A DNA stretch of 64,000 bases from NCBI RefSeq assembly GCF_009914755.1, contig NC_060935.1; one strand, 5' to 3'. Made by a program: the position numbers and the translations under genes. Of this stretch, positions 1-19,635 are shown piece after piece. Position 1 is the stretch's first letter; each line of letters opens with the position of its first letter. Origin of the DNA: the human T2T-CHM13v2.0 reference genome, Homo sapiens. The notes beneath the pieces are model-generated. The model ran no database searches. It was not told the origin of the DNA and was given only the letters and a program-made list of their open reading frames with translations.

Positions 1-4614
<4,614 letters not shown>

Positions 4615-4619
4615 AACAA

Positions 4620-5266
4620 GTCCTTCTTGACTCCTCTTCCTCACCAATACTTCTGATTACTTTAAAATATACTCCTTATACAGCCACTTCTCACCATCCC
4701 TACTGCTGTAAATTTAGTAAAACTGCCATCATCTGTAGCCTGGCTTACTGCAAAAGTCTTCTAATTTTTCTGTCTGCCTCAGTTGGGCTTTGGTAATCTA
4801 TTCAACCTCATCTTTCTCTAAGCTTCTTCTTGTTCACAGTGTTCCAAACATACTGTCCTTTCTGTACTAAGAACATATCAGTTTCATTTCCATATCAGGC
4901 ACTTAGCTCTTGTTATTCCTTTTGCATAGAACGTTCTTCCCTGTTTCATAGATGTCACTTTCTGGTCATTCAGGCTCAAACATTTCAGCCTTTAGCTAAG
5001 GGCTTTTTCTTCATACTGCTGCTGAAATGACCCCTTTTTATCACTACCTCCGCTATCACTCTCCTCCATTTACCATATTTTATGTTCTCTATACTAGTTA
5101 TCATTACCTGGAACTATCCTATTTATTTATGTCTTTCAATACTTATTACCTCTTTCCTCCCACTAGAATTGCAGCTGTCAGGGAGAATAAGTCTGCTGTC
5201 TTATTTACTTCTTCCCTCTGTTTTCTGGGATATGGTAAGTGATCAACAACTATTTGTTGACTGATT
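4620..5266 (+). mobile_element. L2 remnant
   Basis: Degenerate L2 motifs (ccacttctcaccatc, gcctggcttactgcaa) ending in an L2-type tail tatttgttgactgatt. Confidence 0.55.
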
Positions 5267-5967
5267 CGTTCCCAGAGCAAACTAAAGACAGAAAAGAGCT
5301 ACTACCCCCAGTCTCTCTACAGTTGAGCAGATAAATGCATTTGAAGAGGAAACTAAAAGTATTATAGACACAGAAAACCTTTTCTAAGCAAAATAGCAAG
5401 ATTTTTGTTAAAATAGGGAAGAATATGGGGGCTCTAGGATTATGAGAACACATATTATGCAACTGGAGCCTTGAGGAATCATAGATGTTGTGCTGGCAGG
5501 CTCACTTCTTACCCAGGTATTACCAAAAGAATCTGAAATTTACTTTGATTGAGCCATAACCATAGGCTGTAGGGTAGGAATGGCAAGTAGACTATAGTTT
5601 GAGTTAAGGCCTGTTGGTTGGTAGTTACTGTACCTGGGTCATTTTTATTTATTTATTTTTTATGGTTTATGGGCTTCAAAGGAAGACCTGCTGTAGATAT
5701 GGGAACCAGGGGTGGTAATATAAAAGTCACGTGTTTGTCTTTTATCATCTGGAATCCATAAACAAAATGGCATATTTCACACAGTTTCTTGATCAGAATA
5801 TAATATCTGAAGATTCCGTGAACTTTGAATCTCTGGCATTTTAATTTACTTTCTGGTAAAGCAGACTATAGTAAATCCCAATTAACCAAGACCTGTGTTT
5901 TCTCTGGCTCAAAGAAATAAAGAAAAACACCAACCAAAACAAAACACAATTACATTAGAAGCTACCT

Positions 5968-6205
5968 ACTTTGAGAGCTTCTTTGGAGATTTTAGTGGGG
6001 AAGCACAGCTACTCATAAACCCTTGACTGGAGAATGGTCCTCTTCTTTCAGGGAAAATTGTCGTCTTTGACTAAGTATACAGATCTAGGTGGGACACACA
6101 TGGAGCAGTGAGGGAGGAAGGGGACACCCACCTTGTCAGCCAGATCAGCTGAATCAACTCTGGTGATCAATGGGTTGACATGTTGCAGCCAGATCATCCT
6201 CATGT
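5968..6205 (-). pseudogene. 7SK snRNA pseudogene (RN7SKP-type), 3'-truncated at about nt 240, no poly(A)
   Basis: Reverse complement reads atgaggatgatctggctgcaaca..cccattgatcaccagagttgattcagctgatctggctg..gtgtccccttcctccctcactgctccatgtg..gtcaagggtttatgagtagctg..aagctctcaa, colinear with 7SK with CpG decay. Confidence 0.95.
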
Positions 6206-6487
6206 TTCCTATTTTGTATATTGTAGTTCTTTAAAATAATTAAAGTAGTATTTTAGTAGTAGTAGCAAAGTATTTTTCTTTAGTGTCACTCTCTGTGCTC
6301 ATGATGTAAGAGATAAATATTTTATATTTTATACCACCCGTAACTGAAGATAACTTTTGAAAGGAGCACATCGACTACAGTTCTTAATACTTCTTTTACG
6401 TTTTCTAGAGTCAGGAGTAAAAATAGTTGGCTATTATAATTACATCCATTTCTCTGATACACTGAAGACATTGACATCTGATGTGTT

Positions 6488-6742
6488 AATAATAATAATA
6501 GCTACTATTTACTGACTGCATACTATGTGCTAATCAATGTTCTTAACACTTTGCAAGTGTTATTTAATCTTCATTATAAACTAACCACATAGACCACTAT
6601 TGCTGTCTATGTTTTTGTAGATGAAGAAACTAAGACATAAAGAGGTTCAGTAGCTTATTCAGATCACAGAGAACTAATCATTGGCAGAGCCAGAATCTAA
6701 ACCAAGGCAGTCTGGCTCTAAAGTCTACTCTTAAACCACTGT
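6488..6742 (-). mobile_element. MIR SINE, near full length
   Basis: aataataatagctactatttactga...gatgaagaaactaagac...ctcttaaaccactg is the reverse MIR core. Confidence 0.85.
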
Positions 6743-6949
6743 AATGTCTTGCCTATTAGAAGAACACTTAAGGCAGGCCATAAGAGAGCAGATTTAATAC
6801 AAATCACTAAACCAGTGGATTTGTTAATTTTTGTAAAAAATAAGTCTTGACTGTTTACTATATTGTAGGAATGACCTAGTGCTAGAAAGTTTTCTGATTT
6901 TGAATGGCTCACAGTCTACCAAGGGAAGATTAACATGTGAACTGACTAT

Positions 6950-7170
6950 GCAATAACTATAATTATACACATAGATATATATGTATATATACATATATAT
7001 GACTACTATGTAATAACTATGCATACAGATATATACACTATATAACTACAGAGATATATATGTGTATAGTATAACTGTATAGTATATATATTATATATAT
7101 GCTATATACACAGATATGTACTTTCATAGTCATAGTTACTACATAGTCTTATATATATGTGTATGCATAA
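6950..7170. repeat. TA-rich low-complexity repeat (tataactata/tatatatg variants)
   Basis: Directly visible degenerate (TA)n-derived array. Confidence 0.8.
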
Positions 7171-10100
7171 ACATTCGCTTCACTGTGAAGTAATGAAAGA
7201 TGGCATAATTACTTCTGCTAGGGTGAAAAAATATTGTGTTTGAATTCACAGAGATGACATTTTCAGGACTGAGATGTAATAGAAATTCAAGACTAAAAAT
7301 TTCTCTTCTCACTTTCTAGGTTAATCAGAGATACTGGATCCTACTTGCCATATTCTTTAGGGAGAAATAGCTTTTCATTAGGCAAGTATTTTTATATGAT
7401 ATGCCATCTTTCCTGAGCCAAAACAGTGTGTCTGTATAGTAGCCCACACCTTCTCATTCAGATTAAGCACCTTCATATTTCTGGATCCTTTTCTTGCTAT
7501 TGTGGCTTTTCATTGGTCGTAGAGAAGAAAGGCAGAGTCATCCAAATGTCCAGGTCTTCTTGGTCTCACATACATGAAGCTTCAAAACTACATCCACAAA
7601 GAGGAAACTAATGTACAATGTTTTTATAGATCTTGAGATTTTAATATTTTTAATGTTTATGAGTAGAGTACTTCAATCCATGTCTGTTTTCTTTTTTTTA
7701 ATTGGGTTATTTCCACTTTCTTCCATTTTAATCTCTTAAAAAATGATTTCCAAACGCTTTACTTCACTGACCTCTTGGTCAGTATATTTTTTTAAAATGT
7801 GGTGCTCCGAACTGAACAGTATGTTCATTAGAGTATATACAGTATGGTGACATTCTGTCTTCCTGTCCTCTGGAATTGAGCCTCCTATTAGTAAGAAATG
7901 GAGAAATGTCATTGATTCATTTTACATAGGATGTAACATCTTATTAGCTATAGCCACTTCTCTCAAGTTAGATGTAATAATATAAAATGAGACTCTCTAT
8001 CGTTCACATATTATTGGCATACCTTTTACCTTTTGGTGTTATAGGCATAGATAACATTGATGAAGTGTAATTTAGTTTTGTAGTCAAGGTGATAAAGACA
8101 AAAACTAAATCAGAGAGAAAATCGGTTAAATGTATATGTCTTTTTAAACTTCAGTTTTATTGAAACCTGAATATATGATTTATTTTTGTAGACAATAGAA
8201 TAAGAAGTTAGGTGTCTGTGAATTTTGAAACATTATTATATAATTAATCATTCTCTATTGTAATTGCATTTCTTTCCATTAGAAAGATGTTTTTCGTCTT
8301 TCCATCCATAATGTCTTGCTCAGTTTCTGGAACTTAATAGATGTGCAACATTTTTCATGGACCTTTTTCGAATTGAGTAATTGTTCAAAAGCATATTTTT
8401 GAAGGTGCTCTGTCAGATTTAATGAAAACAATAATTTTTAATATAGTCTTTTTATATATGTGAATATCTCTGATACTTGGCTTCGTTTTTATCTTTCTTT
8501 TTCCTTCATTCTTTCTGTTTTATTTACATATTAAAAGTATGGTTGTATTCTGTCATATATTGCCCTTTGCTATGAACGTAACTTATTATCCTCCCAAGAT
8601 GATGGTAAGTGTTTTGAGGGCAAGGATCATGTAATATGTCTTCTATATATCTTCCATAGGGCTCAGCCCAATGCTACACATGTAGCATTTAACTTTGTAC
8701 ACCTGAATTGTATTCTCAGCTGTTTAACCACATAGAACCTTAAAATTTAGGCCTACACAGTTTTATGCCTGTCACACAGCTTGTTGATTCTCTGCCACCA
8801 TAATCCCCGTTCAAATCTTGTGATTCACATTGTGGAAAGAAAACTCTTTTAAAAACATGAAAGCATTTCGTTTGTCTTAATTCTCCAGTATAATATTTTG
8901 GATAGAATCACCATAGACTATTTTGTATTTATGTTACTATTTATATTGCAATTCACTTTTACTCCTTACCTGAATTAGTACTTTACATTTGATAATCCTT
9001 ATTGATATTTTATTATTTCCCCTATTGATTATGAGAAATTTCTGTGCTTTGATAATTAAAGCAATATAATTAGTAGTTGTCTGTTTTTTTAAAATGTAAT
9101 AATTACTCAAAAATCAAAGTAGAATGAGAACCCTACCTTAAAATATGTTTGTTTGTTTGTTTTGTAAAGAGCCTCACTACACTGTCTTCCCAGATTCTAT
9201 AGTTACATGTCACCTGATTATCAATCAATTTAAGGATCAGTTGTGATACAGGAATCCTGTGATGCAGAAGCCAAGAAAAATCATTATGTATCAAGATTTT
9301 CCCCTGGGTATTAGAGGATAAACATGTAAAACATTATAGTGCCCTAGAATGCAATTTCCTTACTATATTCCTTTTTGTACCCTCTTCACAGCCCTTTCTA
9401 ATAGTACTGCAGACCTCATTTCTGAATAGAGTTGGTTCTTCCACAAATTAACAATTTGAGCTTGGACAAATTACCATTCCTTTCTGAATTTCTCTCCTTA
9501 TCTATACAATGAAGAGTTACTTTGGCCATATGATCAGAGATCTTTTGTAATATTTAAGTTGTAAATGCTGACTGTAGAAAGATATGATCATGCATAAGTG
9601 ATATGTATGGGAGGAAATATTTTTTTTATTAATCTAAGAATTTATAGTATTGCTTCATATCAATAATAGCTATAATTTATTCATCACTTATATACAATTC
9701 TATGTGATTGACGGTGGCCAAGGCAATTATAAAATATGGAATTAGCCAATCAGAGGCTTTGTGAAATGATTCTGTGGTGTGATAAGAGTGTGTAAATGCA
9801 AATTATGAAAGATGGCTGCTACCACAGAATACAAGGACAAAACAACACATAAACTTTTAAATCTATAAATATAAGTGTAGAAACAAATCCTGTTTAGTGG
9901 ATCATAGGGAGACTTGATCCTCATTCCCATCACACTTCTCCCGCCCTTTCTGCTTGTCTCTTTCCCTAAATTCACAAGGTCTCAGCTACTCAATTAAACT
10001 GGTAATCTATAGAATATGATGATGAAGGCTATGCCTTGCTGAAAGTAGATGCTCACTGGCATCATCATAGAAAGGATAGAAAGAACTTTGAGAAAAGCAT

Positions 10101-10500
10101 GAAAGAGTTGGTGAGAAAACGAAATTGTCAGTCCTTAGGCCTTCTCTTTATTATCTTTTACATGGAGTGTAGATACACGTGCATGAAAGCCCCAAATACA
10201 GTAGTATCTGGATGAGCATCTTAATGAATATTATTATTTTTATAATTAATAAATATTAAAACATACTTATATCATGTCAATCAATTTCATCAGCATTTCT
10301 TCCTCAGTATTAATTTTGAAATTTCTTGGCTTTCTTTTCTTTCCTATCTAGATTCACACTCTTAGTGAAGTCATCAAGTTGAATGATTTCGTGCACTGTC
10401 TTCATACAAATCTTTTCTCTTGAACTCCACACCTATATACCCAAATATCTTCTTGACATCTCCACATTTGATAGATACTGGATGTCTATAGAGATCTTAA

Positions 10501-11147
10501 TTTCTTTTTTATTACGCTTTAAATGTTAGGGTACATGTGCACAACGTGCAGGTTAGTTACATATGTATACATGTGCCATGTTGGTGTGCTGCACCCATCA
10601 ACTCATCATTTAACATTAGGTATATCTCCTAATGCTATCCCTTCCCCCCACCAGCCCACAACAGGCCACAGTGTGTGATGTTCCCCTTCCTGTGTCCATG
10701 TGTTCTCATTGTTCAATTCCCACCTATGAGTGAGTCAGGAAACAACAGGTGCTGGAGAGGATGTGGAGAAATAGGAACACTTTTACACTGTTGGTGGGAC
10801 TGTAAACTAGTTCAACCGTTGTGGAAGTCAGTGTGGCGATTCCTCAGGGATCTAGAACTAGAAATACCATTTGACCCAGCAATCCCATTACTGGATATAT
10901 ACCCAAAGGATTATAAATCATGCTGCTATAAAGACACATGCACATGTATGTTTATTGCGGCGCTATTCACAATAGCAAAGACTTGGAAACAACCCAAATG
11001 TCCATCAATGATAGACTGGATTAAGAAAATGTGGCACATATACACCATGGAATACTATGCAGCCATAAAAAATGATGAGTTCATGTCCTTTGTAGGGACA
11101 CAGATGAAGCTGGAAACCGTCATTCTCAGCAAACTATCACAAGGACA
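10501..11147 (-). mobile_element. L1PA3/4-like 5'-inverted (twin-primed) insertion
   Basis: 3' end on the minus strand 10501-10734; inverted ORF2 C-terminal segment on the plus strand 10735-11147; 14-bp TSD agagatcttaattt at 10490-10503 and 11148-11161. Confidence 0.95.
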
Positions 11148-11547
11148 AGAGATCTTAATTTTAATGTGACTAAAACTGAACACCTGATTTTCACCTGAAA
11201 CCTGCTATACTTATCTACCGCTTTTCTCACATTTTCAGTTGCTCTGCCCAAAATCCTTATAGTCATCCTTGATTTCTCTTTTTTTCTCTCACTCTACATC
11301 CAGTCCATCAGAAATCTTATTGCCTCTAACTTCAAAATATATTATTAGGACATAGACTGCACCACCTCTACTGGTACCACCCTTGTGCCATCTACTTTCT
11401 CTTACCTGGATCAGTGCAACAGTCTCTTTCCCAGATAATTATGTCTCCGTAAACTATTCTCAACATGGCAGCCATTAATGATCCTTTCAAAACGTGTCAG
11501 ATTTATGCCACTCCTTTATTCAAAACTCTGTAGTGGTAACTGTTTTA

Positions 11548-11869
<322 letters not shown>

Positions 11870-12601
11870 GAGTGAAGAATGTACAGTGGCTTCTAGGGCC
11901 CTCCAGTGTCTAGTCTCTTCCTACTTCTTTGCCCCTTGTTCACTTTGGTCGCTCTGGCTTCCTTGTTCATCTCCTCAAAATTGCCAGGCATGCCTCTGAA
12001 TTAAAGTCAGTGCATTAGCTGTTTTTCTCTACCTGGGATGTTCTTCTCTCACTTTTTCTCCCCTTCCAGTATTTGCTGAGACATTACCTGCTCAATAAGG
12101 CATACCTTACCACCTTATTAAAATCATAATTCCAGCACTACTGATCTCACTCTTCTCTACTTTATGTTACTTTGTATCTTTTGATATTACTTGTCACTTA
12201 TTAAACTCTATGATTTACTTATTTGTAGTGTTTACTATCTCCCACTCCCATTAGAATATCAGCTCCATGAGGGTAGAACTCTGTTTTGTAGCCTGGTACG
12301 GTGCCCAGAATATTGCATGTTATAAGTTCTGTTCCACAGACTTCAAATATTATTTCATTTCATTGTCTTCTCTACGTATACCAATGAAACAATATGACTC
12401 ACAGAGGTTACCTAACTTGGCTGAAGTCAATATCTGGTAAAAGTGGAACTGAGATTTACACATATACATCTCCTGCTCCTTGCCTTCCTTATACAAAGTA
12501 TGTGAAAACAAGGGAAAAGAATAATGCATGTATATGGATGAATTTATATGATATTTTATAAACACTTTTATATAAATGTCTACATATAAGAATAAAATAT
12601 T

Positions 12602-12962
<361 letters not shown>

Positions 12963-14924
12963 TTAAATATTTTTACACAGAAATTGCTATATTCATCAGT
13001 AACTTAAATATAATTACCTTTTTTGATATTAAGTAAGTATTGATAATGAAATGATTAGGAGTTTTTTCCTGCTTCACCTACACAAATATAAGCTCTTTGT
13101 AGTTCATAGCAAGACACTGGTATAGAGAATCCATTATCATTCTGATTGTACATTGTGTTTGATGGAATTGTTCAAGCTGTGTAAGATCTAATTTGTACTC
13201 TCTTTAAGATAACACTGACTGTTTCAGTTAGCATCTTTTCATTATTATATATACTATATAAATGGGGTACATCCTTCAGGGCTTTTTCAACTTAACAGTT
13301 TCAAGTCTAGTTTTAGGATAAGGTAGTACAATTGCTGTGTTTTGATTGTAAATTTGTATGTTTATTTGAGAAATATCCTTTCTGAAAAATGATGGATATT
13401 CTTATATGAAATAACATAAACCATTTTTTGCATTCTGTAGACTTTCTTATTGTCCCATGTCCCTGATTAGGATATTATTATTACATCTATCAGGGAAGAT
13501 TTAGCAGTGTAAGAATCACTTTGTCTTGGGGTATGTAAATATTCCTAATTTCACATTTGTACTAACAGTGGATAACTCAGTTGTATACTGCTTTAGAACA
13601 AGAGAGAGTAAAATATGGTATTTTTCATTTGAAATTTAGAAAGCTAGGCATCTTAAACCACCAGGTACTATTTTGGTATAATCTATCACTTCTGTTACAT
13701 TTTATTGGATATAAATCACATTGTATCAGGTTGCATAGCGACAATATGTTTCACCAGGCATTCTATTTTTATAACTTTATTTAAAACTGACATGTAACTT
13801 GCTGTACCTGAAACCCCAAGTGATCCAGTTATTGGAGTGTAACAAAGTTTTGACGTCAGAGTAGCTATTTATTCTACTGGAAACCATTAGCGATGCATTA
13901 CCCTTTGGCACTGCTGTTTTTTGCAGAAACATGGTTAAAATTTTATGACTGATTTTGACCAATTAGATTTCTCTCCCTCTTAGAACTAAGCAATTATATA
14001 TATATAAAAAACATGAATATATATGCATGTGCATGTATGTAACTTGCACATGCTTTATATCCTTAAAATGTGTAATATATTTAAATATAGGTTTATATAT
14101 TCATATTTATTTTAACATTATACATATCAAGCTTTTTTAAAAGTTTCTTCTCAAAAACTGAGTGTCATAGTTTTATTTTTCTTATTTTCACACCTGATTA
14201 TTATTTTATGGAAACGAATTAACTGCATGTTGTTGTTATTACTATGGATATGGATGTTGATTAGCTGCATAGTACTACCATGTTTGTTGGTATTAGTGCT
14301 TTTGTTATTATTTTAAAAGGGCCTCTTAACATTTGTTTACTATCAGCACTAGATTCTTTGGGAATTCATAGGGGCAATACCATTTTGTACACATTTAGTA
14401 TAATCAGTTAAAGACAGGATTTTCTCCTGCTTAGCTTTGACTGTTTTTCCCCTGAAAATATTAAAATATGTGCTGTGCATCCATGCATGGAGTTAAAGTC
14501 CCTTGACTCCTGAGCCGGCCTAGTGCCAGCTTACATGCTGATCTCTGCCAGTGTATTTTAAATTGGATCTGATGGGACCACCATTTGGAATTAAGCAGAG
14601 GAAAATATTTTAGATTTTTATTTAGTAAACTAGTTGTTCTTCAAACCCTGTATAAAAACATTGCTAAACTTGTGTTTATGGAATAACTAACTTCAGTCAG
14701 TTTAGGAGATGCCTGTGTATAAGGAGAGAATGTTAATTCTCTCAAATTCCTGAGTGACACCTTAAATTCAATAATTATTACTACTGTTATTGTTATGAAT
14801 TATCTGCTTAGTAATCCTCACATATTGTTGAATTATTTTTCTTTGGAAAATTCAAATTTTTATATAATTTTTAAAATATGGCATCTGATCATTATTTCCC
14901 GTGTTGGCATTTTTTTGTATTTTG

Positions 14925-15032
14925 ACATATTTATTTTTAACTGACAAATATTGCATATAGTTATCATGGACAACATGTTGTTTTGAAATATGTATACGTT
15001 GTGGAATAGCTAAATCATCTAATTAACATTAC
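14925..15032 (-). mobile_element. L1MA-type 3' end fragment
   Basis: ttttaactgacaaat...acaacatgttgttttgaaatatgtatacgttgtggaatagctaaatc. Confidence 0.7.
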
Positions 15033-15194
15033 ACATGAATTTGATAGGAGAACTCCATATTGGTAACTCCTTCGGCATGTTATAACCTTTTCCAGCTCCA
15101 TCTTTTTCTCCTGAAACCTATCAAGAGTCTTTTGAGGTACAAAATATGTAGGATGAGTTCCAACTCTAAAAGTAGTATTCCAGAACATTGTAAT

Positions 15195-15435
15195 ATTATG
15201 CGGTGATCAAGAATAGAGGCATTGAAACAGAACAACCAGGGTTAGAATCTCAGCCTGCCACTACCCGTAACAATAGACAGATTATTTCAACATTCTGAGT
15301 CAGTTATCTGATGTATAAAATAGGTGTAGTTGGAACTACCTCAACGATTTTTGTTTTTATAAGGATTCAATGAAATAAGCAGAAAGCCCTTAACTCAATG
15401 TCTGGCACATAGTAATAACTCAAATGGTAGCTATC
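15195..15435 (+). mobile_element. MIR
   Basis: gggttagaatctcagc...tctggcacatagtaa...ggtagctat. Confidence 0.7.
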
Positions 15436-15477
15436 AGTCATTTGTTATATTAGACCTGGTAATTCTCCTTGTCTGCA

Positions 15478-15740
15478 GGGGTAGTATGGCATAGTGCTTA
15501 ATAGTACAGGCTTTAGAATCATAATACCTGGGTTAGAATCCCAGCTGTACTATTTACTAGCTGTGTAACCTTCAAGAAGTCTCTTAACTTCACTGCCTCA
15601 GTTTCTTCATCTGTAGAATAGGGGAATATAATATCACATATTTAATACATGTATCTGAAGATTATATGCATCAATACAAGGAAAGTGCTTAAAACAATGC
15701 ATGTCACATAGTAAGGGTTCAATAAATGTTAGCTATTATA
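15478..15740 (+). mobile_element. MIR, full length, tandem to the previous copy
   Basis: gtatggcatagtgcttaa...ctagctgtgtaacc...gcctcagtttcttcatctgtagaatagg...aataaatgttagctatta. Confidence 0.88.
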
Positions 15741-16386
15741 TCAAAAATCACTGAATGTGAGCTTCCTGTTATTTTAGAAATCTATTAAGTCTAGCCCTGG
15801 CATTTTGTCATTATTAAACAGGCCGGACTGCAGAAAAGATTTCTCTGGTCACACAGCATTTCTGGACATTTTCACACCCCACCTAGCAATCCCACAAATA
15901 CCCTTACAATAAATATTTATTATAAGGCTCATTTTAACACAAATTAACCCAAATAATTGACCCTAAATCTGAATGAATTCATTTAAATACTTGTGTAAAA
16001 TCATGTGGTTTCAGATTTTGTCGTTGCTCTTTTTTAAGTTAAGATATGTGGTCCCTCCAGGAAACCTACTTAGGTTGGCATGAGGCTAGTCTGGTTAATT
16101 CTAATTTAAGATTGACATTGGTTGATACTAATATTCTCAACCACACAATAAAGTTTGTTATCAGGTAGATGATTGCTGTCTTATAATACCTGCTAGTGGC
16201 CTAACGATCCACACTGGTGACAAAAATGCAAGATCTCTATAATTTCTTTTTATTTCCCACTGTCTTCTGCCCACCCCACCCACCGCAAGATTGGATGCTA
16301 AAACTAAATCAATCAATAGACTTTTTCTCCTGGCATGCCATTCTATCCTTTTAAAAGAATAAATATATAGGTCAAGAATTACTATA

Positions 16387-17417
16387 CTAAAAGCCAAAAT
16401 TGAAAATTGGGATCTAATTAAACTAAAGAGCTCTGCACAGCGAAAGAAACTATCATCAGAGTGAACAGGCAACCTACAGAATGAAAGAAAATTTTTGCAA
16501 TCTATCCATCTGACAAAGGGCTAATATCCATAATCTACAAAGAACTTAAACAAATTTACAGAAAAAAACAACACCGTCAAAAAGTGGGCAAAGGATATGA
16601 ACAGACACTTCTCAAAAGAAGACATTTACGTGGTCAACAAACATGAAAAAAAGGTTATCATCACTGGTTGGTCATTAGAGAAATGCAAATCAAAACCACA
16701 ATGAGATACCATTTCACGCCAGTTAGAATGGCGATCATTAAAAAGTCAGGAAATAACATATGCTGGAGAGGATGTGGAAAAATAGGAACGCTCTTACACT
16801 GTTGGTGGGAATGTAAATTAGTTGAACCATTGTGGAAGACAATGTGGCGATTCCTCAAGGATCTAGAACTAGAAATACCATTTGACCCAGCAATCCCATT
16901 ACTGGGTATATACCCAAAGGATTATAAATAATTCTACTATAAAGACACATGCACACATATGTTTACTGCAGCACTGTTCACAACAGCAAATACTTGGAAC
17001 CAACTCAAAAGCCCATCAGTGATAGACTGGATAAAGAAAATGTGGCACATATACACCATGGAATACTATGCAGCCATAAAAAAGGACGAGTTCATGTCCT
17101 TTGCAGGGACATGGATGAAGCTGGAAACCATCATTCTCAGCAAACTAACACAGGAACAGAAAACCAAATGCCACATGCTCTCACTCATAAGTGGGAGTTG
17201 AACAGTGAGAACACATGGACACAGGGCAGGGAACATCACACACTGGTGCCTGCCAGGGGGTGTGCGTTCAGGACAGGGATAGCATCAGGAGAAATGCCTA
17301 ATGTAGATGACTGGTTGTTGGGTGCAGCAAACCACCATGGCACGTGTATACCTATGTAACAAACCTGCACATTCTGCACATGTATCCCAGAACTTAAAGT
17401 TTATTAATAAAAGAAAA
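16387..17417 (+). mobile_element. 5'-truncated L1PA (PA6/PA7-like)
   Basis: ORF2 C-terminal peptides in the ORF track, 3'UTR and A-tail; perfect 13-bp TSD aagaattactata at 16374-16386 and 17418-17430. Confidence 0.95.
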
Positions 17418-19479
17418 AAGAATTACTATATCAAGCAGTTGCTGAATCAGGTTCATCACAGAGGGGAGTGCAAACCCATGCCCTGAATCAACCTCTTAAA
17501 GCTATCTACAGGAATACTTTGACTTCATGGTCTTAGAATTTACTTTACCTGAGTTTAATTCTTAGCTTTACCACTACTAGCTGTGTGACCTTGAGCAACT
17601 GTTTTACTCCATCATTATCAAATATTTATTGAGCACTTATTCTATACCCTATTACTAAGTAAACTAATAGAAAATTCTCTAAGCCAACGTTTCTATAATG
17701 ATAAAAATGTTTACATTATATAATTTATAGGATTGTGATACAGGTCAAAATATGATCATCTCTGTTAAAATATTCTGTGAATCATAAAGTAGTATACTAG
17801 TATTATTTGCTGTGAGCTTTATGAGAATAGGGACTATGTCTTCCTTTGTTACCTTATTATCTAACATAGTACCTGACACATAGAAGTATTCAGAAAATGT
17901 CTGCAGCAGACCGATTTTCTTAAAGATCTCAAAAGCATCCATTTGTATTTAGGATATTATTTCCGAAGTTAAGCTTAAAATACACATAATTTATTCTTTT
18001 GATTATGTAATGGTATTCATATATAGTTTGAATTATGTGGAACATTCCTAAGGGACTTACTGCAAGAAAATGTGTTACTAGATAAAATCATTTTTATATG
18101 TGCCCTATTATCAGCAGGCCCTATTTTCTACAAGGTAATGTAGGGTTTGAATTAAAAGAAATTGTTAAAAGTTTATTAAATCTACTATGGCCAACAACTG
18201 TTGCTATTTTTGTGCACCTAGAGCTGTAGTTAATCTTCAGATTTTTGAATAATTTATTTCAGGTGTCACATATATATATTGAGTGGCTGAAAATATATTT
18301 TGTACCTAAAATTAAAGAATTATAAAACCTACCTAATTGTCACAGTAGTCAACTACCTAAAATGTTTCTAATTATTGGGACACTGTATATATGTATTAAT
18401 GTTAGTAAATGGACTAAAGATATGAATTTCAGTACACTGGACCACATCTAAAAATATTTCATGATGTATATTTTATTAGTATAGGAAGTGAAATCTCACA
18501 GACCAAAAAGGAATGCTGTATTAGGTAATATTAACTCAACAAAAATTAGATTCTAAGGCTTATTCTTGCAATGCACTTGCAGATTTCCGTCTAATCACCA
18601 ATCACCCTTTTGCAAAACAATGGCAATTAAGATCTACATAAACTAAGCTAATGCCTGGTTGGGGAGATTATTTCGTACTAATATACACTTGCATATTCTT
18701 TTAAAATGAGAAATAATACACAGTATTCACAGGAATAAAACTCAGCAAATGGAAGGCACAGAAAAACCCTTTCAGAGAGCAGTCACTTCAATAGAGTGTG
18801 GCTAAAAGAAATTTTCTTCTGAAACACACCCAGCTAATTAATTTGTGTTTACAGAAGGAATTAATTTTTCTTACTCTTACTGAACTTAAAAAAAGAAATG
18901 AAAATCCACTAAAACTCATACTACCAATTTTAAGTTTTAATGAACTTTTTTCAGAGATGTAAAAGGGTATATTTTCTTTTCCTTAGACTAAAACCATTAG
19001 CTATTTGCCATAATATTCTTCTTATGTAATAACTACAGAGTTTTGAAGCTAATGACAACAGCCAACAGGAAAAAAGGTTTGTCATAGTTTCTGTTCCTTC
19101 TCTGGATGCATCATTTCAGTATTCTAGTACTTTTCAGCAGCATTGTCAGTGAGTATTCAAGGCTAAGGAAAGACATAGTATGTCTTCCTGGAGCATCAAT
19201 TTGACTTGCCAACAAGTAAATTAAACTTATTTTATATTAAAATGAATACATATATAGAGTAGAATAAAAAATGTTCATTAATTTTAAAATTCAAACCCCA
19301 GACTACATGAGTTGTAATTTTGAACTAATGTATGGTTTCCTTATTTGAATAGCACTGCTGACTTCCATTATACATCTTCCTTTCATTTTTAGATACTTGG
19401 TTGTATGTAGTTTTGCTTTTTCTTTATTTAAATTGAATTTAAAGTGCCATTTTAAAGTCCATCCATCAATGGATACTAG

Positions 19480-19635
19480 GATAAGAGGGATAGCATTAGG
19501 AGATATACCTAATGTAAATGACGAGTTAATGGGTGCAGCACACCAACAGACACATGTATATATATGTAACAAACCTGCACGTTGTGCACATGTACCCTAG
19601 AACTTAAAGTATAATACAAAATATATATATATAAT
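19480..19635 (+). mobile_element. Very short L1PA (PA3-5-like) 3' end
   Basis: gggatagcattaggagatatacctaatgtaaatgacgagttaatgggtgcagcacacc...cctagaacttaaagtataat. Confidence 0.9.
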
